Positions 44,116-56,815 are shown, numbered from the stretch's first letter. The stretch is DNA of 64,000 nucleotides from Escherichia coli (GCF_013122565.1 NZ_CP053258.1); one strand, 5' to 3'. The notes: a model not told the origin generated them from the sequence alone. Numbers and translations are program-made.

Positions 44116-44819
44116 TGCACGTCGGCAGCGAAGACATACCCCAGGCCGCGCAGAGTTTTAATCAACATCGGCTGATGCGGATTGAGTTCGATTTTGCGTC
44201 GTAAGCGCATGATTAAGACGTCGATGGTGCGATCAAACACTTCCACGCTATCGCTATGAGTGAACGCCAGCAGCTGCTCGCGGCTTAATACCCGACGGGC
44301 ATTTTGTGCCAGGGCCAGTAACAAGCCATATTCGCCCTGAGTCAGCTCGACATGTTGTTGTAGCGGACTATGCAGTTGACAGCGAATGGTATCGAGATAC
44401 CAGCCATTGAATGACAGCCCGGCGTTTTTCTCCTCGTTAACCGCCAGCGCGCCAACCCGTCGCAACACCGCTTTCAGTCGTGCGACCACCACCCGCGGGG
44501 TGAACGGTTTGCAGATGTAATCATCCGCGCCCATTTCCAGCCCGACCACCACATCAGACTCACTGCCCATGCCGGTCAACATCACCACCGGCAATGTCGG
44601 ACGCAGTTTCTGGATTTGCTGCAATATCCTCAGGCCGTTGGTATCGGGTAGCATCATATCCAGCACCACCAGCGCAATGTCAGGATCGCCCTCAATACGC
44701 AATATGGCCTCCTGTCCGGTATGGCAGACTGAAACCGTAAAGACATGTTCACTTAACACGTCCTGCAGCAGTGCGCAGATAGCCGTGTCATCATCCACCA
44801 CCAGCACGACGGGTTTCAT
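44112..44819 (-). CDS. OmpR-family response regulator
   Basis: ORF 44112..44837; start placed at MKPVVLVVDDD (GGAG ribosome-binding site), 235 aa; receiver domain plus winged-helix output (TLRGLGYVF); 3' end overlaps the convergent kinase gene by 4 bp. Confidence 0.8.
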   Translation of the reverse strand: MKPVVLVVDDDTAICALLQDVLSEHVFTVSVCHTGQEAILRIEGDPDIALVVLDMMLPDTNGLRILQQIQKLRPTLPVVMLTGMGSESDVVVGLEMGADDYICKPFTPRVVVARLKAVLRRVGALAVNEEKNAGLSFNGWYLDTIRCQLHSPLQQHVELTQGEYGLLLALAQNARRVLSREQLLAFTHSDSVEVFDRTIDVLIMRLRRKIELNPHQPMLIKTLRGLGYVFAADVH

Positions 44820-45109
44820 GGTTACACTCCGCATCATTCATCTGATTAATCATTGTGCGTACTTCTTGTCGAAGTGAAAGCTGAAAGTAATATAAATAAT
44901 AAAAATATAAGTCAGGTCACATTATTGATGATAGTAATAAATATGCCGTACTTTTCCCTCTTCAGCACAAATGCCTAATAAAATGGCGCGTTCCGCTCAC
45001 ACTTCCGCTTATTAAAGTCGCAAATTCCCAATTATGATAACCCCAGCTTTAAATGACGTATTTTGCATGGATTACATATTTACGACATAAATGATAAATG
45101 GAGATTTAT

Positions 45110-47095
45110 ATGAATAACTCTCGGTTATTCCGTTTGAGCAGAATTGTTATTGCGTTAACTGCCGCCAGCGGCATGATGGTAAATACCGCTTACGCGAAAG
45201 AGGAAGCGAAAGCCGCCACTCAATATACCCAACAGGTTAACCAGAATTACGCCAAATCATTACCGTTTAGCGATCGTCAGGATTTTGACGATGCCCAGCG
45301 TGGATTTATCGCCCCGCTGCTGGATGAAGGTATTCTGCGTGATGCGAACGGTAAAGTTTACTACCGCGCGGACGATTACAAATTTGATATTAATGCCGCA
45401 GCGCCGGAAACCGTAAACCCCAGCCTGTGGCGTCAGTCGCAGATCAACGGCATTTCTGGCCTGTTCAAAGTCACCGATAAAATGTATCAGGTGCGCGGCC
45501 AGGATATCTCTAACATTACGTTCATTGAGGGCGAGAAAGGCATTATTGTTATTGACCCGCTGGTGACGCCGCCTGCCGCAAAAGCCGCACTTGACCTTTA
45601 CTTCCAGCATCGTCCGCAAAAACCGATTGTTGCCGTTATCTACACTCACAGCCACACCGACCACTATGGTGGCGTGAAAGGCATTATCTCTGAAGCCGAT
45701 GTTAAATCCGGCAAAGTTCAGGTGATTGCCCCTGCTGGCTTTATGGACGAAGCCATCAGCGAAAACGTGCTGGCGGGTAACATCATGAGCCGCCGTGCGC
45801 TCTACTCTTACGGTCTGTTACTGCCGCACAACGCACAAGGCAACGTGGGTAATGGTCTTGGCGTGACGCTGGCAACGGGTGACCCGAGCATTATTGCACC
45901 GACTAAAACTATCGTCAGAACTGGCGAGAAGATGATTATCGACGGCCTGGAGTTTGACTTCCTGATGACCCCAGGTAGCGAAGCGCCAGCCGAAATGCAC
46001 TTCTATATTCCGGCCCTGAAAGCCCTGTGTACCGCCGAGAACGCCACGCATACCCTGCACAACTTCTACACTCTGCGCGGCGCGAAAACCCGCGACACCA
46101 GCAAGTGGACCGAGTATCTGAACGAAACGCTGGATATGTGGGGTAACGACGCGGAAGTATTGTTTATGCCGCACACCTGGCCGGTCTGGGGCAATAAGCA
46201 TATCAATGATTATATTGGTAAATATCGCGATACTATCAAGTACATTCACGACCAGACCCTGCACCTGGCGAACCAGGGCTACACAATGAATGAAATCGGC
46301 GACATGATTAAGCTGCCGCCTGCGCTTGCCAATAACTGGGCCAGCCGCGGCTATTACGGCTCTGTCAGCCACAACGCCCGCGCGGTGTATAACTTCTATC
46401 TTGGCTATTACGACGGTAACCCGGCTAACCTGCATCCGTATGGTCAGGTGGAGATGGGTAAACGTTACGTGCAGGCGCTGGGCGGTTCTGCCCGCGTCAT
46501 CAACCTGGCGCAAGAAGCGAACAAGCAAGGTGATTACCGCTGGTCGGCAGAACTGCTGAAACAGGTGATTGCCGCCAACCCGGGTGACCAGGTCGCGAAG
46601 AATCTGCAAGCGAATAACTTTGAACAGCTGGGCTATCAGGCCGAGTCCGCCACCTGGCGCGGTTTCTACCTGACCGGCGCGAAAGAGCTGCGCGAAGGGG
46701 TGCATAAGTTCAGCCACGGCACCACCGGTTCCCCGGACACCATTCGCGGAATGTCGGTCGAAATGCTGTTCGACTTTATGTCCGTTCGCCTCGATAGCGC
46801 GAAAGCCGCGGGTAAAAATATCAGCCTGAACTTCAATATGAGCAACGGCGATAACCTCAACCTGACGCTGAACGATAGCGTGCTTAACTACCGTAAAACG
46901 CTGCAATCCCAAGCTGACGCCTCTTTCTACATCAGCCGTGAAGATCTGCACGCCGTGCTGACCGGACAAGCCAAAATGGCGGATCTGGTAAAAGCGAAGA
47001 AAGCCAAAATTATTGGCAATGGCGCGAAACTGGAAGAAATTATTGCTTGTCTGGATAATTTCGATTTGTGGGTGAATATCGTAACCCCAAATTAA
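45110..47095 (+). CDS. yjcS: Metallo-beta-lactamase-fold alkyl sulfatase
   Basis: ORF 45098..47095; start at MNNSRLF gives 661 aa; signal peptide, HxHxDH motif ([10 protein letters not shown]). Confidence 0.8.
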   Translation: MNNSRLFRLSRIVIALTAASGMMVNTAYAKEEAKAATQYTQQVNQNYAKSLPFSDRQDFDDAQRGFIAPLLDEGILRDANGKVYYRADDYKFDINAAAPETVNPSLWRQSQINGISGLFKVTDKMYQVRGQDISNITFIEGEKGIIVIDPLVTPPAAKAALDLYFQHRPQKPIVAVIYTHSHTDHYGGVKGIISEADVKSGKVQVIAPAGFMDEAISENVLAGNIMSRRALYSYGLLLPHNAQGNVGNGLGVTLATGDPSIIAPTKTIVRTGEKMIIDGLEFDFLMTPGSEAPAEMHFYIPALKALCTAENATHTLHNFYTLRGAKTRDTSKWTEYLNETLDMWGNDAEVLFMPHTWPVWGNKHINDYIGKYRDTIKYIHDQTLHLANQGYTMNEIGDMIKLPPALANNWASRGYYGSVSHNARAVYNFYLGYYDGNPANLHPYGQVEMGKRYVQALGGSARVINLAQEANKQGDYRWSAELLKQVIAANPGDQVAKNLQANNFEQLGYQAESATWRGFYLTGAKELREGVHKFSHGTTGSPDTIRGMSVEMLFDFMSVRLDSAKAAGKNISLNFNMSNGDNLNLTLNDSVLNYRKTLQSQADASFYISREDLHAVLTGQAKMADLVKAKKAKIIGNGAKLEEIIACLDNFDLWVNIVTPN

Positions 47096-47303
47096 TGTCA
47101 CTCACTTTTGGGGGCGCTTAAGCCCCCAAAAGCATTTATTATAAAAATACATACAACCAATTAATACATAAAATATATAAGTTATGAATGCGGTGGCTGA
47201 ATAAAGCTATTTTTATTCATCAAGAAAATAGCCATACTGACGCCTTCAATGGATATTGATATTCACTACAGATATTGTTCGCAGCAGACAGGATGTATTT
47301 AAT

Positions 47304-47579
47304 ATGCCAACAGTTCTCTCTCGCATGGCGATGCAACTCAAAAAAACAGCCTGGATAATTCCCGTCTTCATGGTTTCGGGATGCTCATTATCTCCGGCAA
47401 TCCCGGTGATCGGCGCTTATTATCCCAGCTGGTTTTTCTGCGCCATTGCCAGCCTTATTTTGACGCTCATCACGAGGCGAATTATTCAGCGGGCAAATAT
47501 CAATCTGGCATTTGTCGGAATTATTTATACCGCTCTTTTTGCTCTCTACGCCATGCTGTTCTGGCTGGCATTTTTCTAA
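47304..47579 (+). CDS. ytcA: Small lipoprotein YtcA
   Basis: ORF 47256..47579; start at MPTVLSRM gives 91 aa; lipobox (MVSGC) and two hydrophobic segments; directly upstream of mdtN. Confidence 0.6.
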   Translation: MPTVLSRMAMQLKKTAWIIPVFMVSGCSLSPAIPVIGAYYPSWFFCAIASLILTLITRRIIQRANINLAFVGIIYTALFALYAMLFWLAFF

Positions 47580-47597
47580 TCTATTTGAGACGCGCTC

Positions 47598-48629
47598 ATG
47601 GAAAGTACGCCGAAAAAAGCTCCTCGCAGTAAATTCCCTGCTCTGTTAGTGGTTGCGTTGGCGCTGGTTGCCCTTGTTTTCGTTATCTGGCGCGTAGACA
47701 GTGCGCCGTCAACTAATGACGCTTACGCGTCAGCAGATACCATTGATGTGGTGCCGGAAGTCAGCGGTCGCATTGTAGAACTGGCGGTCACCGACAACCA
47801 GGCGGTGAAACAGGGCGATTTGCTGTTCCGCATCGACCCGCGCCCGTATGAAGCCAATCTGGCGAAAGCTGAAGCCTCCCTCGCGGCGCTGGATAAACAA
47901 ATTATGCTCACCCAGCGTAGCGTTGACGCGCAACAGTTTGGTGCCGACTCGGTTAATGCCACGGTAGAAAAAGCCCGTGCCGCCGCGAAACAGGCCACAG
48001 ATACATTACGCCGCACCGAGCCATTACTGAAAGAAGGTTTTGTCTCAGCGGAAGATGTTGACCGTGCAAGAACGGCGCAGCGCGCCGCAGAAGCGGATCT
48101 TAATGCCGTATTGTTACAGGCGCAGTCAGCCGCCAGCGCCGTCAGCGGCGTCGATGCGCTGGTGGCGCAACGTGCGGCGGTCGAAGCGGATATTGCCCTG
48201 ACCAAACTGCATCTGGAAATGGCGACCGTTCGCGCGCCGTTTGATGGCCGGGTCATTTCCCTCAAAACCTCCGTCGGGCAATTTGCTTCTGCCATGCGCC
48301 CTATTTTTACCCTAATCGACACTCGTCACTGGTACGTGATCGCCAACTTCCGCGAAACCGATCTGAAAAATATTCGCTCAGGTACACCCGCAACGATTCG
48401 CCTGATGAGTGACAGCGGCAAAACCTTCGAGGGTAAAGTGGATTCGATTGGCTACGGCGTGCTACCAGATGACGGCGGCCTGGTGCTGGGCGGCCTGCCA
48501 AAAGTGACTCGCTCTATTAACTGGGTCCGCGTTGCCCAGCGTTTTCCGGTCAAAATCATGGTCGATAAACCTGACCCGGAAATGTTCCGCATCGGCGCTT
48601 CGGCAGTCGCTAATCTTGAGCCGCAATAA
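47598..48629 (+). CDS. mdtN: Membrane fusion protein of the MdtNOP efflux system
   Basis: 343 aa; HlyD/EmrA-like: N-terminal TM anchor, coiled coil, beta-barrel domain. Confidence 0.85.
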   Translation: MESTPKKAPRSKFPALLVVALALVALVFVIWRVDSAPSTNDAYASADTIDVVPEVSGRIVELAVTDNQAVKQGDLLFRIDPRPYEANLAKAEASLAALDKQIMLTQRSVDAQQFGADSVNATVEKARAAAKQATDTLRRTEPLLKEGFVSAEDVDRARTAQRAAEADLNAVLLQAQSAASAVSGVDALVAQRAAVEADIALTKLHLEMATVRAPFDGRVISLKTSVGQFASAMRPIFTLIDTRHWYVIANFRETDLKNIRSGTPATIRLMSDSGKTFEGKVDSIGYGVLPDDGGLVLGGLPKVTRSINWVRVAQRFPVKIMVDKPDPEMFRIGASAVANLEPQ

Positions 48630-50680
48630 TGAGCGCGCTCAACTCCCTGCCATTACCGGTGGTCAGGCTGCTGGCGTTCTTTCATGAAGAGTTAAGCGAG
48701 CGGCGACCAGGCCGCGTGCCGCAGACCGTGCAACTCTGGGTAGGCTGCCTGCTGGTGATTCTGATCTCGATGACTTTTGAGATCCCTTTTGTGGCGTTAT
48801 CGCTGGCAGTGCTGTTTTACGGTGTTCAGTCGAACGCGTTTTACACCAAATTTGTGGCGATCTTGTTTGTGGTTGCCACGGTGCTGGAGATCGGCAGCCT
48901 GTTTTTGATCTACAAATGGTCATACGGCGAACCGTTGATCCGATTGATCATCGCCGGACCGATCCTGATGGGCTGCATGTTTTTGATGCGCACCCATCGG
49001 CTGGGACTGGTCTTTTTCGCCGTCGCCATTGTCGCCATTTACGGGCAAACCTTCCCCTCCATGCTCGACTATCCGGAAGTGGTCGTGCGCTTAACGCTGT
49101 GGTGTATCGTTGTTGGCCTCTACCCGACGTTATTGATGACGTTAATCGGGGTGCTGTGGTTTCCCAGTCGTGCCATTTCGCAAATGCATCAGGCGCTTAA
49201 TGATCGGCTTGATGATGCCATTAGCCACCTGACGGACAGCCTCGCACCGCTACCCGAAACGCGGATTGAAAGAGAGGCGCTGGCGCTGCAAAAACTCAAT
49301 GTCTTTTGCCTCGCGGACGATGCCAACTGGCGAACTCAAAGCGCATGGTGGCAAAGCTGTGTGGCAACGGTAACCTACATTTACTCGACGCTGAATCGCT
49401 ACGATCCCACCTCTTTTGCTGATTCTCAGGCAATTATTGAATTCCGACAAAAATTAGCTTCAGAAATCAACAAGCTGCAGCATGCCATTGCCGAAGGTCA
49501 GTGCTGGCAAAGCGACTGGCGGATCAGTGAAAGTGAAGCGATGGCAGCACGGGAATGTAACCTGGAGAATATCTGCCAGACGTTGTTACAACTGGGTCAG
49601 ATGGACCCGAATACGCCGCCAACGCCCGCAGCCAAACCGCCATCAATGGCCGCCGATGCTTTTACCAATCCAGACTATATGCGCTACGCGGTAAAAACAC
49701 TGCTCGCCTGTTTGATCTGTTACACCGTCTACAGCGGCGTGGACTGGGAAGGCATTCACACCTGTATGCTGACCTGCGTGATCGTCGCTAATCCAAATGT
49801 CGGTTCGTCGTACCAGAAGATGGTGCTGCGTTTTGGCGGGGCCTTTTGCGGCGCGATTCTGGCGCTGTTATTCACGTTATTGATCATGCCCTGGCTGGAC
49901 AATATTTTCGAATTGCTGTTTGTGCTGGCACCGATTTTCCTGTTGGGCGCATGGATTGCCACCAGCTCTGAACGCTCTTCTTATATCGGCACACAGATGG
50001 TGGTTACCTTCGCGCTCGCCACGCTCGAAAACGTTTTTGGCCCGGTGTACGACCTGGTGGAAATTCGCGATCGCGCCCTGGGTATCATCATTGGTACCGT
50101 GGTGTCCGCGGTGATTTACACCTTTGTTTGGCCTGAAAGTGAAGCGCGCACACTGCCGCAAAAACTGGCTGGCGCGCTGGGTATGTTAAGTAAAGTAATG
50201 CGGATCCCACGCCAGCAGGAAGTCACGGCTCTGCGCACTTATCTGCAAATTCGTATAGGTCTGCATGCGGCGTTTAATGCCTGTGAAGAGATGTGCCAAC
50301 GCGTGGCGCTGGAGCGTCAACTGGACAGCGAAGAACGCGCCTTACTGATTGAACGTTCGCAAACGGTTATTCGTCAGGGCCGCGATATTCTTCACGCCTG
50401 GGATGCCACCTGGAATTCGGCGCAGGCGCTGGATAACGCACTACAGCCGGACAGAGCAGGTCAGTTTGCCGATGCCCTGGAGAAATACGCTGCCGGTCTG
50501 GCAACCGCACTCAGCCGTTCTCCTCAAATAACGCTCGAAGAAACACCCGCTTCGCAGGCCATCCTGCCCACCTTATTAAAACAGGAGCAACACGTCTGCC
50601 AGCTTTTCGCCCGCTTGCCAGACTGGACAGCCCCGGCATTAACGCCCGCCACGGAACAGGCACAAGGAGCCACGCAATGA
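48629..50680 (+). CDS. mdtO: Inner-membrane component of the MdtNOP efflux system
   Basis: 683 aa; FUSC/AaeB-like membrane protein; start overlaps the mdtN stop. Confidence 0.8.
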   Translation: MSALNSLPLPVVRLLAFFHEELSERRPGRVPQTVQLWVGCLLVILISMTFEIPFVALSLAVLFYGVQSNAFYTKFVAILFVVATVLEIGSLFLIYKWSYGEPLIRLIIAGPILMGCMFLMRTHRLGLVFFAVAIVAIYGQTFPSMLDYPEVVVRLTLWCIVVGLYPTLLMTLIGVLWFPSRAISQMHQALNDRLDDAISHLTDSLAPLPETRIEREALALQKLNVFCLADDANWRTQSAWWQSCVATVTYIYSTLNRYDPTSFADSQAIIEFRQKLASEINKLQHAIAEGQCWQSDWRISESEAMAARECNLENICQTLLQLGQMDPNTPPTPAAKPPSMAADAFTNPDYMRYAVKTLLACLICYTVYSGVDWEGIHTCMLTCVIVANPNVGSSYQKMVLRFGGAFCGAILALLFTLLIMPWLDNIFELLFVLAPIFLLGAWIATSSERSSYIGTQMVVTFALATLENVFGPVYDLVEIRDRALGIIIGTVVSAVIYTFVWPESEARTLPQKLAGALGMLSKVMRIPRQQEVTALRTYLQIRIGLHAAFNACEEMCQRVALERQLDSEERALLIERSQTVIRQGRDILHAWDATWNSAQALDNALQPDRAGQFADALEKYAAGLATALSRSPQITLEETPASQAILPTLLKQEQHVCQLFARLPDWTAPALTPATEQAQGATQ

Positions 50681-52143
50681 TCAATCGTCAACTTTCACGT
50701 CTGCTGTTGTGCATCATTCTCGGCAGCACGACGCTGATTTCCGGCTGTGCCCTGGTACGTAAGGATTCTGCGCCTCATCAACAGCTCAAACCGGAACAAA
50801 TCAAACTGGCCGATGATATTCATCTTGCCAGCTCCGGCTGGCCGCAGGCGCAGTGGTGGAAACAACTCAATGACCCGCAGTTGGATGCCCTGATCCAACG
50901 GACGCTAAGTGGTTCACACACCCTCGCCGAAGCGAAACTGCGGGAAGAAAAAGCGCAGTCCCAGGCCGATTTGTTAGATGCTGGTTCACAGTTGCAGGTG
51001 GCAGCGTTAGGGATGCTTAACCGCCAACGTGTCTCGGCGAACGGCTTTTTAAGCCCTTATGCGATGGATGCGCCCGCACTGGGGATGGACGGGCCGTACT
51101 ATACGGAAGCCACAGTAGGTTTGTTTGCCGGATTGGATCTCGATTTGTGGGGTGTGCATCGCTCAGCGGTTGCCGCCGCCATTGGCGCGCATAATGCCGC
51201 GCTGGCAGAAACCGCAGCAGTAGAGCTATCGCTGACCACGGGCGTAGCGCAGCTTTATTACAGTATGCAGGCCAGCTATCAGATGCTCGATCTGTTAGAA
51301 CAAACTCGCGATGTGATTGATTACGCGGTAAAAGCGCACCAGAGTAAAGTGGCGCACGGTCTGGAAGCGCAAGTGCCTTTCCACGGCGCGCGGGCACAGA
51401 TTCTGGCGGTCGATAAACAAATTGCTGCCGTTAAAGGGCAAATCACCGAAACGCGAGAATCTCTGCGCGCATTGATTGGCGCGGGAGCCAGCGATATGCC
51501 GGAGATCAAACCGGTGGCATTACCACGAGTCCAGACCGGCATTCCGGCGACACTCTCTTATGAGTTGCTCGCCAGACGCCCGGATCTGCAAGCGATGCGC
51601 TGGTATGTTCAGGCGTCATTAGATCAGGTGGATTCCGCGCGGGCGTTGTTCTACCCGAGCTTTGATATCAAAGCGTTTTTCGGCCTTGATGCCATCCACC
51701 TGGATACCTTATTCAAAAAAACCAGTCGCCAGTTCAACTTCATCCCGGGTCTGAAATTGCCGCTGTTTGACGGTGGACGGTTGAATGCCAATCTCGAAGG
51801 CACTCGCGCCGCCAGCAACATGATGATTGAACGTTACAACCAGTCAGTACTGAACGCGGTGCGTGACGTTGCCGTCAACGGCACGCGTCTGCAAACGCTC
51901 AACGACGAGCGAGAAATGCAGGCTGAACGCGTGGAAGCCACGCGCTTCACCCAGCGCGCAGCCGAGGCCGCCTATCAACGCGGCTTAACCAGCCGCTTAC
52001 AGGCTACCGAAGCCCGGTTGCCAGTGCTTGCCGAAGAGATGTCATTACTGATGCTGGACAGCCGCCGGGTGATCCAAAGCATTCAGTTGATGAAATCGCT
52101 GGGCGGCGGGTATCAGGCAGGTCCCGTCGTCGAGAAAAAATAA
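50677..52143 (+). CDS. mdtP: Outer-membrane factor lipoprotein of the MdtNOP efflux system
   Basis: 488 aa; lipobox (LISGC) and TolC-like outer-membrane factor family. Confidence 0.85.
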   Translation: MINRQLSRLLLCIILGSTTLISGCALVRKDSAPHQQLKPEQIKLADDIHLASSGWPQAQWWKQLNDPQLDALIQRTLSGSHTLAEAKLREEKAQSQADLLDAGSQLQVAALGMLNRQRVSANGFLSPYAMDAPALGMDGPYYTEATVGLFAGLDLDLWGVHRSAVAAAIGAHNAALAETAAVELSLTTGVAQLYYSMQASYQMLDLLEQTRDVIDYAVKAHQSKVAHGLEAQVPFHGARAQILAVDKQIAAVKGQITETRESLRALIGAGASDMPEIKPVALPRVQTGIPATLSYELLARRPDLQAMRWYVQASLDQVDSARALFYPSFDIKAFFGLDAIHLDTLFKKTSRQFNFIPGLKLPLFDGGRLNANLEGTRAASNMMIERYNQSVLNAVRDVAVNGTRLQTLNDEREMQAERVEATRFTQRAAEAAYQRGLTSRLQATEARLPVLAEEMSLLMLDSRRVIQSIQLMKSLGGGYQAGPVVEKK

Positions 52144-52151
52144 AATGTCTG

Positions 52152-52185
52152 CCGCGTGATGGCTGTCACGCGGTATTTCGTTTCG
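52152..52185 (+). terminator. Candidate terminator after mdtP
   Basis: ccgcgtga / tcacgcgg stem followed by tatttcgtttcg. Confidence 0.5.
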
Positions 52186-52272
52186 TCACGTCAAAACTGA
52201 CGACAGCCTGTTTTTCGTCAGAGTTTTGAATAAATAGTGCCCGTAATATCAGGGAATGACCCCAAATAAAAT

Positions 52273-52291
52273 GTGGCATAAAAGATGCATA
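52273..52291 (+). promoter_or_regulatory. Sigma54 (-24/-12) promoter of fdhF
   Basis: TGGCAT-aaaaga-TGCAT gives the GG-N10-GC spacing of the sigma54 consensus, about 50 bp upstream of the fdhF ATG. Confidence 0.7.
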
Positions 52292-52340
52292 CTGTAGTCG
52301 AGAGCGCGTATGCGTGATTTGATTAACTGGAGCGAGACCG

Positions 52341-54488
52341 ATGAAAAAAGTCGTCACGGTTTGCCCCTATTGCGCATCAGGTTGCAAAATCAACCTGGTC
52401 GTCGATAACGGCAAAATCGTCCGGGCGGAGGCAGCGCAGGGGAAAACCAACCAGGGTACCCTGTGTCTGAAGGGTTATTATGGCTGGGATTTCATTAACG
52501 ATACCCAGATCCTGACCCCGCGCCTGAAAACCCCCATGATCCGTCGCCAGCGTGGCGGCAAACTCGAACCTGTTTCCTGGGATGAGGCACTGAATTACGT
52601 TGCCGAGCGCCTGAGCGCCATCAAAGAGAAGTACGGTCCGGATGCCATCCAGACGACCGGCTCCTCGCGTGGTACGGGTAACGAAACCAACTATGTAATG
52701 CAAAAATTTGCGCGCGCCGTTATTGGTACCAATAACGTTGACTGCTGCGCTCGTGTCTGACACGGCCCATCGGTTGCAGGTCTGCACCAATCGGTCGGTA
52801 ATGGCGCAATGAGCAATGCTATTAACGAAATTGATAATACCGATTTAGTGTTCGTTTTCGGGTACAACCCGGCGGATTCCCACCCAATCGTAGCGAATCA
52901 CGTAATTAACGCTAAACGTAACGGGGCGAAAATTATCGTCTGCGATCCGCGCAAAATTGAAACCGCGCGCATTGCTGACATGCACATTGCACTGAAAAAC
53001 GGCTCGAACATCGCGCTGTTGAATGCGATGGGCCATGTCATTATTGAAGAAAATTTGTACGACAAAGCGTTCGTCGCTTCCCGTACAGAAGGCTTTGAAG
53101 AGTATCGTAAAATCGTTGAAGGCTACACGCCGGAGTCGGTTGAAGATATCACCGGCGTCAGCGCCAGTGAGATTCGTCAGGCGGCACGGATGTATGCCCA
53201 GGCGAAAAGCGCCGCCATCCTGTGGGGCATGGGTGTAACCCAGTTCTACCAGGGCGTGGAAACCGTGCGTTCTCTGACCAGCCTCGCGATGCTGACCGGT
53301 AACCTCGGTAAGCCGCATGCGGGTGTAAACCCGGTTCGTGGTCAGAACAACGTGCAGGGTGCCTGCGATATGGGCGCGCTGCCGGATACGTATCCGGGAT
53401 ACCAGTACGTGAAAGATCCGGCTAACCGCGAGAAATTCGCCAAAGCCTGGGGCGTGGAAAGCCTGCCTGCTCATACCGGTTATCGCATCAGCGAGCTGCC
53501 GCACCGCGCAGCGCATGGCGAAGTGCGTGCCGCGTACATTATGGGCGAAGATCCGCTACAAACTGACGCGGAGCTGTCGGCAGTACGTAAAGCCTTTGAA
53601 GATCTGGAACTGGTCATCGTTCAGGACATCTTTATGACCAAAACCGCGTCGGCGGCGGATGTTATTTTACCGTCAACGTCGTGGGGCGAGCATGAAGGCG
53701 TGTTTACTGCGGCTGACCGTGGCTTCCAGCGTTTCTTCAAAGCAGTTGAACCGAAATGGGATCTGAAAACGGACTGGCAAATCATCAGTGAAATCGCTAC
53801 CCGAATGGGTTATCCGATGCACTACAACAACACCCAGGAGATCTGGGATGAGTTGCGTCATCTGTGCCCGGATTTCTACGGTGCGACTTACGAGAAAATG
53901 GGCGAACTGGGCTTCATTCAGTGGCCTTGCCGCGATACTTCAGATGCCGATCAGGGGACTTCTTATCTGTTTAAAGAGAAGTTTGATACCCCGAACGGTC
54001 TGGCGCAGTTCTTCACCTGCGACTGGGTAGCGCCAATCGACAAACTCACCGACGAGTACCCGATGGTACTGTCAACGGTGCGTGAAGTTGGTCACTACTC
54101 TTGCCGTTCGATGACCGGTAACTGTGCGGCACTGGCGGCGCTGGCTGATGAACCTGGCTACGCACAAATCAATACCGAAGACGCCAAACGTCTGGGTATT
54201 GAAGATGAGGCATTGGTTTGGGTGCACTCGCGTAAAGGCAAAATTATCACCCGTGCGCAGGTCAGCGATCGTCCGAACAAAGGGGCGATTTACATGACCT
54301 ACCAGTGGTGGATTGGTGCCTGTAACGAGCTGGTTACCGAAAACTTAAGCCCGATTACGAAAACGCCGGAGTACAAATACTGTGCCGTGCGCGTCGAGCC
54401 GATCGCCGATCAGCGCGCCGCCGAGCAGTACGTGATTGACGAGTACAACAAGTTGAAAACTCGCCTGCGCGAAGCGGCACTGGCGTAA
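52341..54488 (+). CDS. fdhF: Formate dehydrogenase H, selenocysteine-containing molybdoenzyme
   Basis: Two in-frame ORFs (52341..52760 and 52809..54488) joined by a single TGA at 52758..52760; read through as selenocysteine this gives a 715 aa protein with an N-terminal Fe-S cysteine motif (CPYCASGC) and a molybdopterin oxidoreductase fold. Confidence 0.85.
52758..52805 (+). other. SECIS element: in-frame UGA plus downstream stem-loop for selenocysteine insertion
   Basis: tga cacggcccatcggttgcaggtctgcaccaatcggtcggtaatgg forms the hairpin immediately 3' of the recoded UGA. Confidence 0.75.
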
Positions 54489-54504
54489 TACAGTCCTTTC
54501 TACA

Positions 54505-54531
54505 GCCTCCTTCCGGAGGCTGTTTTTTTAT
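54505..54531 (+). terminator. Rho-independent terminator after fdhF
   Basis: cagcctcc / ggaggctg stem with ttcc loop and a T7 run. Confidence 0.8.
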
Positions 54532-54581
54532 CCATTCGAACTCTTTATACTGGTTACTCCCTACCCAATCGTATTATCAAA

Positions 54582-55271
54582 ATGAAAAAAATTATCGCAT
54601 TGATGTTGTTTTTGACATTCTTTGCCCACGCGAACGACTCCGAGCCTGGCAGCCAGTATTTAAAGGCAGCAGAAGCCGGGGACCGACGCGCACAATATTT
54701 TCTTGCCGACAGCTGGTTTAGCTCCGGCGATTTGAGCAAAGCCGAATATTGGGCACAGAAAGCCGCCGACAGCGGTGATGCTGATGCCTGCGCGCTGCTG
54801 GCGCAGATCAAAATCACCAATCCGGTCAGTCTGGACTATCCACAAGCAAAAGTTCTTGCAGAGAAAGCGGCGCAAGCGGGCAGTAAAGAAGGTGAGGTGA
54901 CGCTGGCGCATATTCTGGTAAATACTCAAGCGGGTAAACCGGATTATCCAAAGGCGATTTCGCTGTTAGAAAACGCCTCGGAAGATCTGGAGAATGACTC
55001 CGCCGTCGATGCCCAAATGCTGCTTGGTTTGATTTACGCCAACGGCGTGGGCATTAAGGCCGACGATGACAAGGCAACCTGGTATTTCAAACGCAGCTCT
55101 GCGATTTCCCGAACCGGTTATTCCGAGTACTGGGCGGGAATGATGTTCTTAAACGGTGAAGAAGGTTTTATCGAGAAGAACAAACAAAAGGCGCTGCACT
55201 GGTTGAACCTGAGCTGTATGGAAGGGTTTGATACCGGCTGTGAAGAGTTTGAAAAATTAACCAACGGTTAA
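54582..55271 (+). CDS. yjcO: Sel1-repeat (TPR-like) exported protein
   Basis: 229 aa; signal peptide and repeated Sel1-like motifs. Confidence 0.75.
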   Translation: MKKIIALMLFLTFFAHANDSEPGSQYLKAAEAGDRRAQYFLADSWFSSGDLSKAEYWAQKAADSGDADACALLAQIKITNPVSLDYPQAKVLAEKAAQAGSKEGEVTLAHILVNTQAGKPDYPKAISLLENASEDLENDSAVDAQMLLGLIYANGVGIKADDDKATWYFKRSSAISRTGYSEYWAGMMFLNGEEGFIEKNKQKALHWLNLSCMEGFDTGCEEFEKLTNG

Positions 55272-56539
<1,268 letters not shown>

Positions 56540-56568
56540 CAACAGCGCCTGACGGCGCTGTATCTGGC

Positions 56569-56815
<247 letters not shown>

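Noticed and set aside
45818-47101. 427 aa ORF antisense to yjcS
   Set aside because: Embedded antisense to the sulfatase gene; His/Gln/Val-rich composition typical of reverse-frame artefacts.
52341-54488. fdhF as a disrupted pseudogene (two ORF fragments)
   Set aside because: The only break is a single TGA followed by a SECIS hairpin; this is selenocysteine recoding, not inactivation.
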